Positions 12,437 to 27,100 of a stretch of 64,000 nt of DNA are shown here, one piece after another. The notes beneath the pieces are model-generated. The model had not been told where the DNA came from. It ran no database searches and saw only the letters and a list, made by a program, of their open reading frames with translations. Source of the DNA: Octopus sinensis. Lineage: Eukaryota. Position numbers and translations under genes: made by a program. The stretch covers positions 72,602,001 through 72,666,000 of the forward strand of contig NC_043003.1 in assembly GCF_006345805.1 (NCBI RefSeq), written 5' to 3'. Each line of letters opens with the position of its first letter. Within the stretch, counting starts at the first letter, position 1.

Positions 12437-15190
12437 AGATGGCTGAATCACAAAGATCCTATATAACCTGACAGAAGCCAGTGTTTGGTGTCATGTGTCC
12501 AGCACTGTGTTACATTCAGCGCAATGACACTCACTTCTAAACAGACAAATCTAGATACACATGGTAAAAGTTACGTTCTGTGTTTGATAGGATATGAAGT
12601 GTGTCATCTGTCATACAATATTAAACCCTAACAAAATAGATAATATGGAAAAGTATTGTTGTCATTTGGAAGCATTGCACAAAAATTTGCAGAAAAAGCA
12701 GCCATCATTGATTAACCACACAGAAGTGTTATTCTCAGATGATAATGCCAGATCACACATTGCTCAAGTCCCTTAGGAAAAGATTACAGCACTCAATATG
12801 GCAGTTTTACCTCATCCGTCTTATTCTCTCAACCTTGGTCCACCTGATTATCATCTATAATTGTAACATTATTTAGAGGGGAAATAATTTATTCATCATG
12901 AAGAGGTAATGTTGAGTGTTTCTTTGCTTCAAATGCTTGAGGGATCAACAATTTGCAAATAGATAGGATTGTGTTTACAGTAATGAAAAGCAATATTATT
13001 TTGTTTAAATACAAAAATTAGGAGCAAAGAAACATTTATTTCTTTTCTTTTCTTTATTGGAATGTGACAGGATTTTCTTTCTAACCTAATACATATCTGT
13101 ATGTATATGTGTGTGTGTGTATGTGTCTCATTGTCTTGAAATCATGTGATAGCTGTAAATGATTGTCACTGTAATACAAGCAGCATCACACATTTCCAAT
13201 ATTCTGCACAAATATGCCTAACCATGAGGAAATATTAGCTTGCTTGGAAACAGATGTTGGTTGGCAACAAGACGAGCAAAATCTGTTTCAATAAACTTTG
13301 TTTGACCAAAATAAAACAGAGTGGAATCAGACTTGAAATCACAGACTGAACTTTTTGATTAAGCTAAAATTTGAACTCATGACCACACAGTCTGTAACCC
13401 AGCATCAGCCATTACAGATTTTAGCCACAATATGTCTGTTAATGTGTACCATATCAAAACTATGACAGACCAAGAAGTTAGATTTTTTAGAATGGTTTGC
13501 AATACTCACCTTTTGTGGTGTTGATGGCATTGAAGAAGTGTGTAATACAACAGGCATTGTGGAGTCATGGCTGGTGACATTCTCCAGATAATTGGTCAGA
13601 ACTGTCATTGCTTCACCATCTTCATGACAGCTTAGTAATTCTTCACTTTTGTTTTCTAAGATTGTCAAAGCAATTTGGAAAATGACCTGCAGTGAGATAA
13701 GCAAAGGTCATGCATTTTTGCTTCATAAATAACCAAATCAAAATAACCGGTTAACCCTTTTCTTACCATATTGTTACTGAAAGGCAATGTTTGCTCTTAC
13801 TTTGATTAATTTTGAAAATAAAAATTTAAATAGTTTCTCCTTTATTGTTTCGTATCCTTAAGTTTTTTTATAGCTTAATTGGCAAAGGAAATACAGCACC
13901 TAAAACCTTGAAGGGAAAAAGAATCCTCAATCAGATACATTCCATCAGAAAGGAATCCATACAGTCTCCTATACAACGTCACTCACAAACCTTGACTCAA
14001 CTTGTAGCTTTAGTAAAAACCACTTACCCAGGGTACCACAGATTCATGAAGATGTAAAGGAAGCTTCTTAAACATATAGGTATGCTGGCAGTTCACAAGA
14101 AATATGGTAAATGTTCTAGGTAACAGAAGACTAAGAACATTTTTGATTGTCTGGTTTAAGACTCAATTTTGGTTTGTCTTTTATTTGTCTTCTTTGCTTA
14201 ATTCATTGTAAATATTGAAAATTACATTACAGTTTGTTTAGGGAACTCTGTAAAATTATACTGCAAATACTTTTTAATCATCAAATCATTCCTTAATATA
14301 TTCATGAATGTTCCTGCTATAATTACATTAACATTCAAACCTATTTTATAATAAAGTCAATGACAGGTGTTGTAATACTACTGATAGATGATAGTCATCA
14401 TCATACAGAGATTTGAGGGTAGGAAGCTCACTGGAGGATCTGTTGAAAATAAAACTACCACATACTACACATATAACATATAACTCTGAACTCATAAACT
14501 TTCTGCCAGCACACCACCAAAGCTTACTTAATACACCAACCCCAATCTTTTCTATGCTGAATTACTTCCATATCATGCTTTCTAAGTTCAATTCAAATGC
14601 TTTTACTTCATCAGACTGGCAGGGCCAGCAAAAGCAATGGGCACTGCTTCTTCTCTCTGAAATAAGTAATAAATAAAAACTATGCAAGATGAAAATATGT
14701 TGATACAGTCATATAATGATGGCTATATCACTCAATTCTACAGCAAGTTACTCAACTCACATTCAACTTCTATGGCATGAAGCCAATGTGAAAGCCTCAA
14801 CATTGAGTCTCAACCTGCAAAAAACAGTAGTCAAGTTTCCTTGTAATCTTTAAAAAATGGAAGGACACACCCGATAATGTAATTCTTGATATATTACAAC
14901 TAAACAAATAGATCTGATGGTCTTGGCTTCAATGAGCTGACCTAGGGCTAATCAACAACTTCCTTAGTAAATTAACAAGCCAACAGGCTATTCTCGACCC
15001 ATTCTTCCTCATCATTTCCAGCAAATATTTAACATTTCAGATCATGGTTTGCAGCAATAATATAATAACAGGTTTTCTAAGCATACAAAGGTTATATAGA
15101 TTTGACTTACCTTAGCACCATCATAGAAGAAGCAGTCCAAGATATTCACAGCACAGTTAAATGGCATTACGCTACAGATAGAAGAAGAAA

Positions 15191-15227
<37 letters not shown>

Positions 15228-18139
15228 TATATATGTGTATGTGTGTGTGTGGCAGCAGACTTGCAGTCATAGGACTGTGGTTTCAATTCCCAGATTGGGC
15301 ATTGCGAGTGTTTATTGAGCGAAAACACTTAAAGCTCCACAAAGCTCCAGGCAGAGGGTGGTGGCAAAACCTGCTATACTCTTTCACCACAATTTTCTCT
15401 CACTCTTTCTTCCTGTTTCTGTTGTACCTGTATTTCAAAGGGCCAGCCTTGTCACAATCTGTGTTACACTGAATCTCCCTGAGAACTACATTAAGGGTAC
15501 ACATGTCTGTAGAATGCTCAGCCACTTGTACGTTAATTTCATGAGCAGTCTTTTCCATTGATTGGATCAACTGGAACCCTCGTCGTCGTAACTGACGGAG
15601 TGCCGTAGTATTAAAACTTCATTTGTGTTAAAACAGTTTCGTCACTTTGAAACCATGACCTGTTCACTGACAAAACTTCACAAAAGTGATGCAACATGAA
15701 GTTTTGTCTGTGAACAGCACACACACACACACACACATTCATTGTCTTTCATTTGTGTGCCTGTGTATGTGTGTGCGCGAGTATGTATTGATGTGTGGAA
15801 GTTGTGTTTGGAAACTGTGAATAAGGTGCAAGTTTCGAGTACTTGTCGGTAACTTTTTGTTTTTTTTTCTCATCTTCTAATTACCCAATTTTCTAGGTTC
15901 TTTTCACAGCTATCCCGTGTTCAAAAATTATACAGGTTGTTTAAAAAATTTTCATTCAATAAATAATGTTTTTACATTACACATACATTAAAAGCAAACT
16001 AAAACTTAAAAGAGAAAGTGAGTGACTTTGCAAATGAAAATGCACTGAATACAATGAATATCTAAATTTGTGATGAATTGGACGCAGCAAATATTTCAAT
16101 TTGCGAGAAATTGGAGTTAAACAATTTCAATAAACTTGAGAAATCGAAATTAAAGGAAATTTCTTAGAACATGAATTTATAAAAATATTTCCAGACGGTC
16201 AACCCTTTGATAATTGCTTTCTTTTAGAACTTTTAGCTTTCTCCATTATAGTATAGATTTATACACATGCACACACACCAATGTGCTGCCACTCCTCCAC
16301 AACAAGCCGGTACACAATGCTCCCAGTGGAGTATTTACAGCTAATGTTACAAGAATGAATGAAAAAGACTGTTACAGTAAGTAGGCTTAATTCCAGTCAG
16401 AGTGGCAGCAATAATAGATGCCATCTAACTGTAGATACCATCCTTTAAAAAATAAAATTAGATTATCATCGAGAGCCTGGTCAGTGGAAACAAAAGTAAA
16501 ACATGAATGTAACTGATATAACAATACCACAAGACGAATGGAGACAGAATTAAAGAAGAAGTATCACCTGAGGAACAAAGTGAGGAACCAGGCTAGGGAG
16601 ATCATACCAAGAATTCCCATGTGATCTAAACGTTGGTGAAGTTCAGGTAGATTTTCTTTCAAAAGTTCCTCTAAAACACCTGCAACAAAAGAAAAATTTA
16701 AAAAATAACAAAACCAAACAAATTGCAATAAATGGATACAAAATATCAATCAGTTCTGATAGATGACTGGTAATTAGCCTATGGGCTCTAGAATAATGAA
16801 TATAAAAAGGTAACTCCAGTGAAAGCTGAACACAGAATGTTCAGAAACATTATCAAATAACACTGTAGGGTTAAGTAGTTCACTTCTCAACCAAATGGTA
16901 TGGGGTTCAGTCCCATGCACAGCACGTTGAGCAAGCGTCTTCTACAATAGACTGAGGCTTTGTGAATGGATTTGATAGACAGAGCCAAATTGTAGTGTAT
17001 GTGTGTATGTGTGCGCATGTGTTTGCACTTCTGTGAAAATTACAGAACTCCAAGAGGAAATGGTAGTAGCCATTTCCTCTGTCAACGCTGGCTTTTGCAT
17101 CTTCAAAGATGTGTAGAATAAGAGGTCCCTTGTTTGAAAAAACAGGTACGAAGTATCCAACTGTAAAACAATGCCTCAATGATGTATTTGACTACCCCAT
17201 GCCTTGGAAAATAACAAATTAGGCATAAGTCCAGTAATCTTAAAGGGAAAGGGTTAATCAATACCATCGACCCCAGTACTAGACTGACAATATTTTATCA
17301 ACCCTAGAGAGATGAAATGCCATGCTGACCACAATAGGATTTGAACTCAACACAGAAAGCACTGGAGCAAATGCTACAAGGTATTTTGGCCAATGCTAAT
17401 AAATAACTCACATTCTATAACTAACACCCACCACCATCATCACATCACAACAACATGGCAGATTTGGAACAGATGACAAACCTTGATCTACCAAAGCACC
17501 AACAACTTTGGTATTGTAATAATTAGGCAGCAGTCGTTCACAGAGAGAGGTGAGAAGCCAAAATGCCTCTTCTTCGTTGGCATAGAGTAACAGGACACTG
17601 GTGACAATATTCATTGCTTGGCAATATCCTGGCAATAGAAAGGTAAGATTAGTATACAAGAATAAATGGTGGCCTCATTATCATTTTCACTGATAGTGGC
17701 AACATAGGAGACATCATTATCAGTAACAACAACAGAGAATGAAAGTGAAAGAGAGAGATGAAATTAGAACAGTAGCAATAACAAGTGGAATATCTTCATT
17801 CAATGCTGTTATGGAATGAAATATTCATATAGAATGGAATATTGCTACATTTACAAGGCTTTGAATAATCTCCACTAATATCACAAATACAAATACATAC
17901 ACACACATCCAGACAAATAGAAATAAATATACAGACATATAGACATATACAGATACACATACACAACATATACACACACAGTGACACAAATATATACAAG
18001 AATACATGCAATAATGTGTAACTTTTTCTATGGTATTATGTAATGAATTCCTTTTCCATTTTTACACCCTTCCTAACACAAAACCACCAGACAATGAAGT
18101 AACAATGTACATCGGAGGCAACAAAGTATAACATAGTAC

Positions 18140-18177
<38 letters not shown>

Positions 18178-21100
18178 CACACACACACACACAATTAGAA
18201 ATAAAATGAGCTGAGAAAAATAACTCAAGTGCACCAATGACATGGTTAAGGATAATTAACTTAAAGGGTGATGTGTTAAATGTCATAAACAAAAAAATTC
18301 TTAATTGAAATTTCACATTTAGTTAGTAAAAGAAAACAAAGTCCTCTTGGTAATTATGAGCAATGCTCGAAGAGCAGAGGAGATAATTTCAATAAATTGA
18401 AAATTAATTTCTTAAATTTGATTTACATGGACACTGATCAGTAGGCTTGATAAGACTGTGCGATACTGAAAAGGCTTAACAGATTCAAACACATCCATAA
18501 TAGGCCCCATTATCTGCAAACAAACATCAGACTGTTTTTATCCAAATATGCAAATTAACTTGAGAAATTAATTCTACATTTCTTGAAATTATCTCCCCTG
18601 TCCTTTAAGTATCTAGTAATTATCACTAAGTTTCCACGCATAAGTGGAAATTTTATGTGTGAAATTTCCACAAATAAAAAAACAGGAAATTTCAGTTAAG
18701 AAATTTTTGCATTCAGCACACCGCCTTTAATGTGCAAGGACAGGTGGGCGGGTGGATGGATGGACAGACAGACAGATAGGGTAGTGCATGAAAAAATAGC
18801 CTAGGTTCTGTAATATAGTATCAGTATAGAAATAAATTTACAAACACAAAAGAACATCCAGCCTTTCATTTGCAAAGCGTCATGTTATTTTTTGCCGAAA
18901 AAGTAGGTTTTTAATTACTGTGTACATGTAAAATGATATGGCTTCAACTTAAGACTTTTCACAGCCACTGACACGACCTCCCGCTTACGTGAGGCTACTG
19001 CACCAATTTAGGTATTGACATCTTTGGACTTTGAGTAATCCTTTGACAAATGTCTTGAATAATTTCCAGCATTCGAACTATGAAGTCTCTTCATTTTGGA
19101 GCATTCGCAGTGCACCACTTCTTAACCAATATTCGTATCATTTTGCCAGAAACTTGATGTCAGGAACTTCACACACTTGCTTAACACAACCCTTTCTCAC
19201 TTATGCTTCCACAATCTCAACTCTTTCTACAAGTGAGTATATCATCTTGCAAAACAGGCTAGAAAAGTTCACTTGATGCAAGCTTACAATCAACTAATAT
19301 GTTCATGTGAAGGCACATGGCCAAATGGTTAGGATGTTGTACTCAAGATCACTAGATTGTTGGTTCAATTCCCAGACTCGGCAATGCACTGTGTTCTTGA
19401 GCAAAACACCTCATTTCACATTGCTCTGTGGTTGGGAGAGAGGAAGAACTGCTGGCACGTTGGCAAAAATGCTTTACAGTAAATCTTTCAGCTCTCTATA
19501 TCCTGAGTTCAAATCCCACCTGCCTAGAAAAGGTAATTGGAAACTATTCTAGTATTCATTCCAAGTCTAGTCATCCCAGAAAGTGCTGGAGAAGGTTCAC
19601 ATGCACAGTATCTGCCCAAGAGCTGGCCACTGCTAGACTATATATATATATAATTAGTTTATCAAACTTTGATATGGGGGAAACCTACAACCTTGTAGGG
19701 CCAATAAAGTATTATTGTTCCTAAAAGTTGCTTTTTATACCTACTACAGACTACTCAAAGTTTACTAACTTCCTACACCTGGATCTTTGAATCTTAAAAT
19801 TACATATTATATATATATATATATTTATATATATTTAAGTAGCTGAATGAATTATCTTAGTATGGATAATTTGGTTAACTGATACCTGGGTAGCAAATTC
19901 ACGTCAGAAAAACACAGTTGAAGCTACATGCCAAGGGCAGATCTCACGTGCTTTCGTGTGGAAAATTTGTGTGTTTTTTTTAATACAAATAAATGAAAGA
20001 ATGGAGTTGAACGACGATTTAACAAAATTCCTTTATTCTCGACATATGTTTCGAAGGCTGCAGCCTTCATATGTCGAAAATATGTCGAGAATAAAGGAAT
20101 TTTGTTAAATCGTTATTCAACTCCATTCTTTCATTTATTTGTATTAAAAAAACATATATATATATATATAACACACATATAAGCCAAGTTTGAAGTGAAT
20201 GATCATGAACTCAGAAGTGAAAACTGCTAATGATACCAATGATAAAAGATATGGAAAATGACATGCATTCACTTGTTACATTACAACACTGCATTCATCA
20301 TTATACTCACCAATAGTAGGGTTCCTCCAGGCATATGCAGTTAAGACTCGGCGGAGGGCATCAATTCCCAAATCTGTTTGAAAAGCTGGATGTTCGGGTA
20401 ATGATCTAAATAGTAATAATAGTTATAATTATTATTTCTAAGTTTGCCACAAATCACAATGAAATAAAGCCAAGTGTGATATCCCACACTAGTATACTGT
20501 AAAGTTTACCTGTGTAAATCTCTTTCAATTTCGTCAGTGGCAATGTTATTTTTGCCTGCACTCTGTTGTACCATGTTGGCATAGTAACCAGGGTTTGTAA
20601 TCATCTGGAATTCACAAAAAGATCGAGTCATTTGAATGGTCTATCTATCTATCTATTTATGTGTGTATCAGCATCATCATTACTTAACATCCACTTCTCA
20701 TGCTGGCATAGGTAAGAAGGTTTGACAGGAGCTGGCCAGCTGGAGAGCGGCCCAGGCTCCAAATGTCAATTTTGGCTTGGTTTCTACAGCTCAATGCCCT
20801 TCCTAACACCACTCACTTCACTGAAGTACTTGGTGCCTTTTATGTGGCACCAGCATGGGTGCTTTTACGTGGCACCTGCACAGGCACTTTCACATGACAC
20901 TGGCGTGAGTGCTTTTACATGGCATCAGCACAAGTGCTTTCACATGGCAATAGCACAAGTGCTTTCACATGGCAATAGCGCAAGTGCTTTCACATGGCAT
21001 CAGCACAAGTGCTTTCACATGGCATCAGCACAAGTGCTTTCACATGGCAATAGCACAAGTGCTTTCACATGGCAATAGCACAAGTGCTTTCACATGGCAA

Positions 21101-24100
21101 TAGCACAAGTGGTTTTACGTGACACTGGCATGGAGGCTTTTATGAGACACTAGCAGAAGTGCTTTTATATGGCACCAGCACGGGTACTTTTTAAGTAACA
21201 CCACCACCTGTGAGCCCTCAAGTAAAGAGCCTCTTGGCTGAGAAAGGGACACGGAGGATATACTTTCATGTATGGAAGGCCATAGTTTTACTTAGCTTGA
21301 TGTGTCTTCTCAAGCACAGCAAACCACCAGAAATTTTGGTCCCTCGTCATCTCCTCTGTGAAGTTCAACATCTGTAGATCCTTTCTCACTACTTTGATCT
21401 ACATTTTCTTGGGTCTACCCCTTCCACAGGTTCCTCCACAATTAGAGATAGGCACTTCTTTATGCAGCTGTCATCATCCATACACATCACATGACCATAC
21501 CAGCACAGTCCTCTCTTGCATCCCAGAATTGATGCCTTTTATACCCAATTTTTCTCTTAAATAATTTACACTTCGTCATACATTCACACTAACATTACCC
21601 ACCAAGCATAACATGCTAGCTTCATTTCTTTCTTTAAGAAGACTGTGACTTAGCAATTTTTCTAGCAGGTTTGATAAACACATAAAGACTCTTTTTACTA
21701 CTGGTGTCATGAAAAATGCACTCCATGCACTTTGTAAAGCTTTGGATTTCAAGGACACTTTAATCTTGAGGACATGACACCTCTCTAATGCTGGTGCCAC
21801 AAAAAGAAGAGCACCTCTGTAAAGTGGTTGGCATCCAGTCAAAGAAACCAGACCAAAAATGAAATGTGTGTGAGATGATGTCTTCCAATCCATCTAAGTG
21901 TGTAGTACCCCTGAATACATCTGACTCCAACCACATTCATTAGTGCAACCCATGCCAGCATAAAAAAGGAGGCACAAAACAGTGACGATAATAATACATA
22001 ATACAGTACAAGAGAATATATGTGAAGTTACAGAAGAATATCATAGAACAGATGTAATTACAGAACAACAGTACAGTAAAACAGATGTGAAATTACAAGT
22101 CACACATGCATAAACAAAATACAAAATACTTACTTCATTGACAGCACCAGAAAATGTCATCCAAATTTCTCCCCTTAAGTTATCAGGAATACCTTTCAGA
22201 ATAAGTTCTCGGGTTTTGTGTGTTCGATACATACATACTCCTCTGAAATGTTCACAACAACGAAGATGCTTAGGTACAAGGGCAATTATTTCTAAAAAGT
22301 AAGTGAAAACTGTCCAGAATATTATTGTAATCAACCACAGACAAGTGAAATATTAAGTTAACCATAATGAAATTTAAACTTTAACCCTTTTGATACCAAA
22401 CCACCTGAGACTGCCTCTGGCTTTATGATACAAACTTCCTGTTTTAAAGTAATTTAAATTAAAACTTTGCATCAAAATTTCTGATTAATTTATATTCCAA
22501 ACACCAGCTTAATATAACAAACTTCTTTCACTAAATTCTTTGTTATTTTCAAAATTACCTGAAATTAAAGGCAGTGTGCTTCAATTAGAAGCATGCTAAC
22601 AAAACAATTAAACTCTGAGCTGATAAATCAAATTCAGTTGGTCTAAAAGTGTTCTCTTTACTATCTGCTTTGCCTTGCATTGACACACAAGACCATGTAC
22701 TTTTATAAAAGAGATGTGGTCATTCAAATGCACCTCAGTATATATCTAGTACTTCATCAATTTCAGAGATATAAAAGACAGAGACATTGAAATAATGAAT
22801 TCAGTACTTACTTCAAAGGTACAAGAGATATAAAAGTGGAAGTCAATAAATAAACACAATAAGTTTAATTTGGCTTGCTATATGACTGTTTGTTCTGTGA
22901 GTGTGTGTGTGTGGACACACACACACACACACAGAAATATGTGAATGTGCATGGGCCAAGTGGTTGGGGTGTTGCACTCATGATTGAGAGATTATGGTTT
23001 TGATTCCAAGACTGGCAGCACATTGTGTTTTTGAGCAAAATACTTCATTTTATGTTGCTCCAGTCCTCTCGCTATAAATGAGTAACCCTGCAACAGACTA
23101 GCATTCTCTTAAGTAAGAATGTTGGCCTACCCTACCCGCCCGACAGTTTATATGTGTGTAGTATATATCATCATCATTTAACATCCACTCTTTCATGCTT
23201 GCATGGGTTAGACAGAGTTCATTTGAGGCAGATTTTCCACAGCCTGATAATGCTCATATTGTAGTCTACCCTCACCTATTTCCCAGTATGGTAATATTTC
23301 CCCAAGGCCAGACATATTCTTAAAGTATATTAGAAATGAATGACACTAGTAGTATGACAGTGACACTTACTTACATTTATTGTGCAATGTCAAGACAAGG
23401 AGACACTCACACACATACATATACACACAAATATGTATGTACACGCACATATATATATATTCGTGCCAGTGGAATGTTAAAAGCACATCCAAGCGTGATT
23501 GTTGCCAGGGTGCGGATTGGCTCCCGTGCCGGTGGCACGTATAAAGTATCATTTGAGCATGATCATTGCCAGCATAGCCTTACTGGCACATGTGCCAGTG
23601 GCATGTGAAAAATAACATTCAAGCATGGTCATGGCCAGTGCTGCCGGACTGGCCCTCATACCAGTGGCACGTAAAAGCACCCAGTACACTCTCAGAGTGG
23701 TTGGCATTAGGAAGGGCGTCCAGCTGTAGAAACTTTGCCAGATCAGATTGGAACCTGGTGTAGCCATCTGGCTCGCCAGTCCTCAGTCAAACTGTCCAAC
23801 CCATGCCAGCATGGAAAGCAGACATTAAAAGATGATGATGATGATATACACACATACAAATATGTATGCACATATGTATATAATATATATATATATTTAT
23901 ATATGATGGACTTCTTCCAGTTTCTGTCTACAAAATTCTTTCACAAGGCTTTGGTTGGCCCAAAGCGTAAAGAGAAGACACGTGACCAACATGACGTGCA
24001 GTGGGACTGAACAATGAGGCTGGAAAATAAACTTCTTACCTCACAAAGATGCCTGCACCTATAGCCACATGCACACATGTATATACATCTTATATATATA

Positions 24101-27100
24101 TATATACACACACACATACACACACACATATATATATGCATGACCTGGTACAGTCCTCTGGTTCATTAGTTCTTGTCAAACCACCCAAGCCATACCAGCA
24201 TGGAAAAAGGGACATTAAATGATAATAATGATGATATAATAGAGAGAGAGAGAGTGAGAGCGAGGGAGAGAGAGGTAACTTACTTTCCATATTCAGAAAA
24301 GTGTATACCCCACAGATGTTGTTTTATGGATTCTTTATTGGTCAGTTCATCTGAATCTCTTCGGTTAAACAGGCTAATTAGAGCAGGTTGAATTGGGAAG
24401 TTGCCATTAGCTTCTGAAATGAGAATCATAAAAAAAAGAGGACAAAAATGTTGAATCTCTTACATCAAGGCATATGTAACAATGGTGAAGACAGTGAGAA
24501 CTAAAGTAGCCTCTGTGGGAGTCTGAGTGTTAGAGGCAAATTGTCTAAACATCTCTTATCACATATCTCAGAATGTATATAATAAAGAGAAGATATTTAC
24601 AAACCTTTTGGTTGGTTATTTTCAGTGGTCCCATTGTCTCCTGCACTGGAATTAAATGAGTAAATAAATAAATTAATTAATAATCATTTCTACTATAGGC
24701 ACATGACGTGAAATTTTGGGGGAAGTGGTCTGGTCAATTACATCAACCGCAAAATTTGACTGGTACTTATTTTATACCCCTGAAAGGAAGAACGGCAAAG
24801 TTAACCTCAGCAGAATATAAATTCAGAACATAGAGGCAGAAGAAATGCCACTAAGTACTTTGTCTTGCTTGCTAACAATTCTACCAGCTCACAGAGCAAG
24901 AGTCTCAACTGTGCCATATAAAAAATGGATGAAACCATTGACCATATCATGAACAGATATCCTAGACTTGCCTAAAACAATACTAAGTTGTGGGAACATG
25001 ATGAGGTAGTAACAGTGCTACATTGGAAACTAATGTGAGAAGTGGGGTACAGAGAGAGGGAAGAAGTGTTATGAGCACAAACTGAAGAGAGTGGCAAAGT
25101 CGGAGATATGCACCACCACCACACAAACATCCACTTGACAACTGGTGTTGGTGTGTTTATGTCCCTATAACTTAGCAGTTTGGCAAAAGTGGCCAACAGA
25201 ATAAGTACTAGGCTTAAAAAATAAGACCTGGGGGTCAACTCATTCAACTAAAACCCTTCAAGGTGATGCTGCAAAATAGCTGCAGTCTAACGACTGAAAC
25301 AAGTAAAGGAATAAAAGAACAGTGTCAATTATTGTTGGATCCTTGGGGTCAGTATTAGAAGGCATCAAGATGAATATAGAGGAAATTGGAATAGAGTACC
25401 CAGTAGAAGTATTACAAAAGGTTTGCCTTCTTGGCATGACCAGAGTAATTAGGAAAGTATTAGATAGTTGAAAAGAACGGATAGCATGGTATCATAGGCT
25501 GCAGGTAGCAAGCCCACTATGCAATGCAAGACTCTAGGAATTCCAACAATACCTGTTGTTAAAATATTAATTTATATACAATTTCTTGATAATTATTAGT
25601 TACGATGTATACCTTTTCAATGAGACTTACATTCACAAAGATTTAAAATATAAATTAAAAAATTCAAAAGTAAGAAAATCTGAATACACATGCAAAAACA
25701 GAGACTTACTCTTTGATACTTGGCTGTTTGTACAAGAAGAATGATATTTTGTCCAAAATAACCTCTCTGTCTTGAAGTTGAGTAAATGTGAAACTCATCT
25801 GAAAAACAAGAGAAAACAAATAGCCATTAAAACAGGTTATCTTCCAGAGAGACCTTTTCTCTTCATTATTTGTGAGTTCATTCCCATCCCAATAACACTT
25901 AGAAAATTCAACATGGTCTCCAAACTACAAAGAAATGCACCTACTCTAAATCAATCATTCTTCGTGAATGACTTAAAGATATTTACAAAATCTGAAAAAT
26001 TGATTAATTCACTTGTTAATAAAGTAAAAGAATGCTGCAACAATACTGGAATGGAATTTGGCATATCAAAATAAGCAACTTTAGCCATGATGATAGAAAA
26101 GAGAGCCCATTTTAAAGAGATAAACTTATCAGAAGAATGGATTTTAGAATGTGACAACAATGGATAAATGTAACTAGGCATTTGAACCTGATATTATGCA
26201 TAAAGAAATTAAGGAAAAAGTGAAAAGAATATATTTGAAGAGATTAAAGCTGGCATTCAGGTTCAAGAAATCTGGTAAATGTGATAAACACATGGGAAGT
26301 TGCTGAGAATAATGAAATCATCATCATCATCATTTAACATCCATCTTCTATGCATGCATGGGTAGGATGGTTGACAGGAGCCAGCCAAGCAGAAAAACTA
26401 CCTTAGGCTACTGTGTCTGTTTTGGCAGGGATTTTACAGCTGGATGCTCTTCCTAACACCAACCATTCCACAGAGTTGACTCAGTGCTTTTTACATGGCA
26501 CTAGCACAGGAGAGATTAGTTTAGGCCTGATTTTTACAGCTGGATGCTCTTCCAAATGCCAACCACGTTACAGTGTGGACTGGATGCTTTTAATGTGGCA
26601 CCAGCACTGGCAGGTAACCAAGTATCTCACAAGACAAGGAATTATGAGAGGGGCAGGGGCATTTGAGGAGAGAAACTTGTGTCAGAGGATGAAAGGTTAC
26701 AGTGTGACAGAGACAGAACTAGGTGCCTTGTCGCAACAGAGGGGCATTAGAGGAGGTAATCCAGGGTAACAGTGAGAGAGAGATAGAGAAAAGATAGAGA
26801 GTGAGAAAAAGGTACAAGAAAGAGGCCAGAAACAAGTGTGCCAATGTAAAAGACATACTTGGTTACCTAGTCAAAGGAAAAACAAGAGAAGGAGAGAGAG
26901 AGAGTAGGAAACAACAAAAGTGTAAGAGAGAGCAGAAAAGAGACAATACAACCTGTGCTGTTTATAACATATGTTAAGATTCAGAACTTTTACTATAATT
27001 TATAAGTTAAAAATGCTGCTGCGTCAGTCTACTCACCTTGCCTTTAGTTGTTATTAATATAGCATTGGTAATGACATTGCCAGATGGTGAACTATCAATC

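Noticed and set aside
20928-21115. 25-bp repeats as a CRISPR-like array
   Set aside because: Contiguous tandem units, no spacers, no cas genes.
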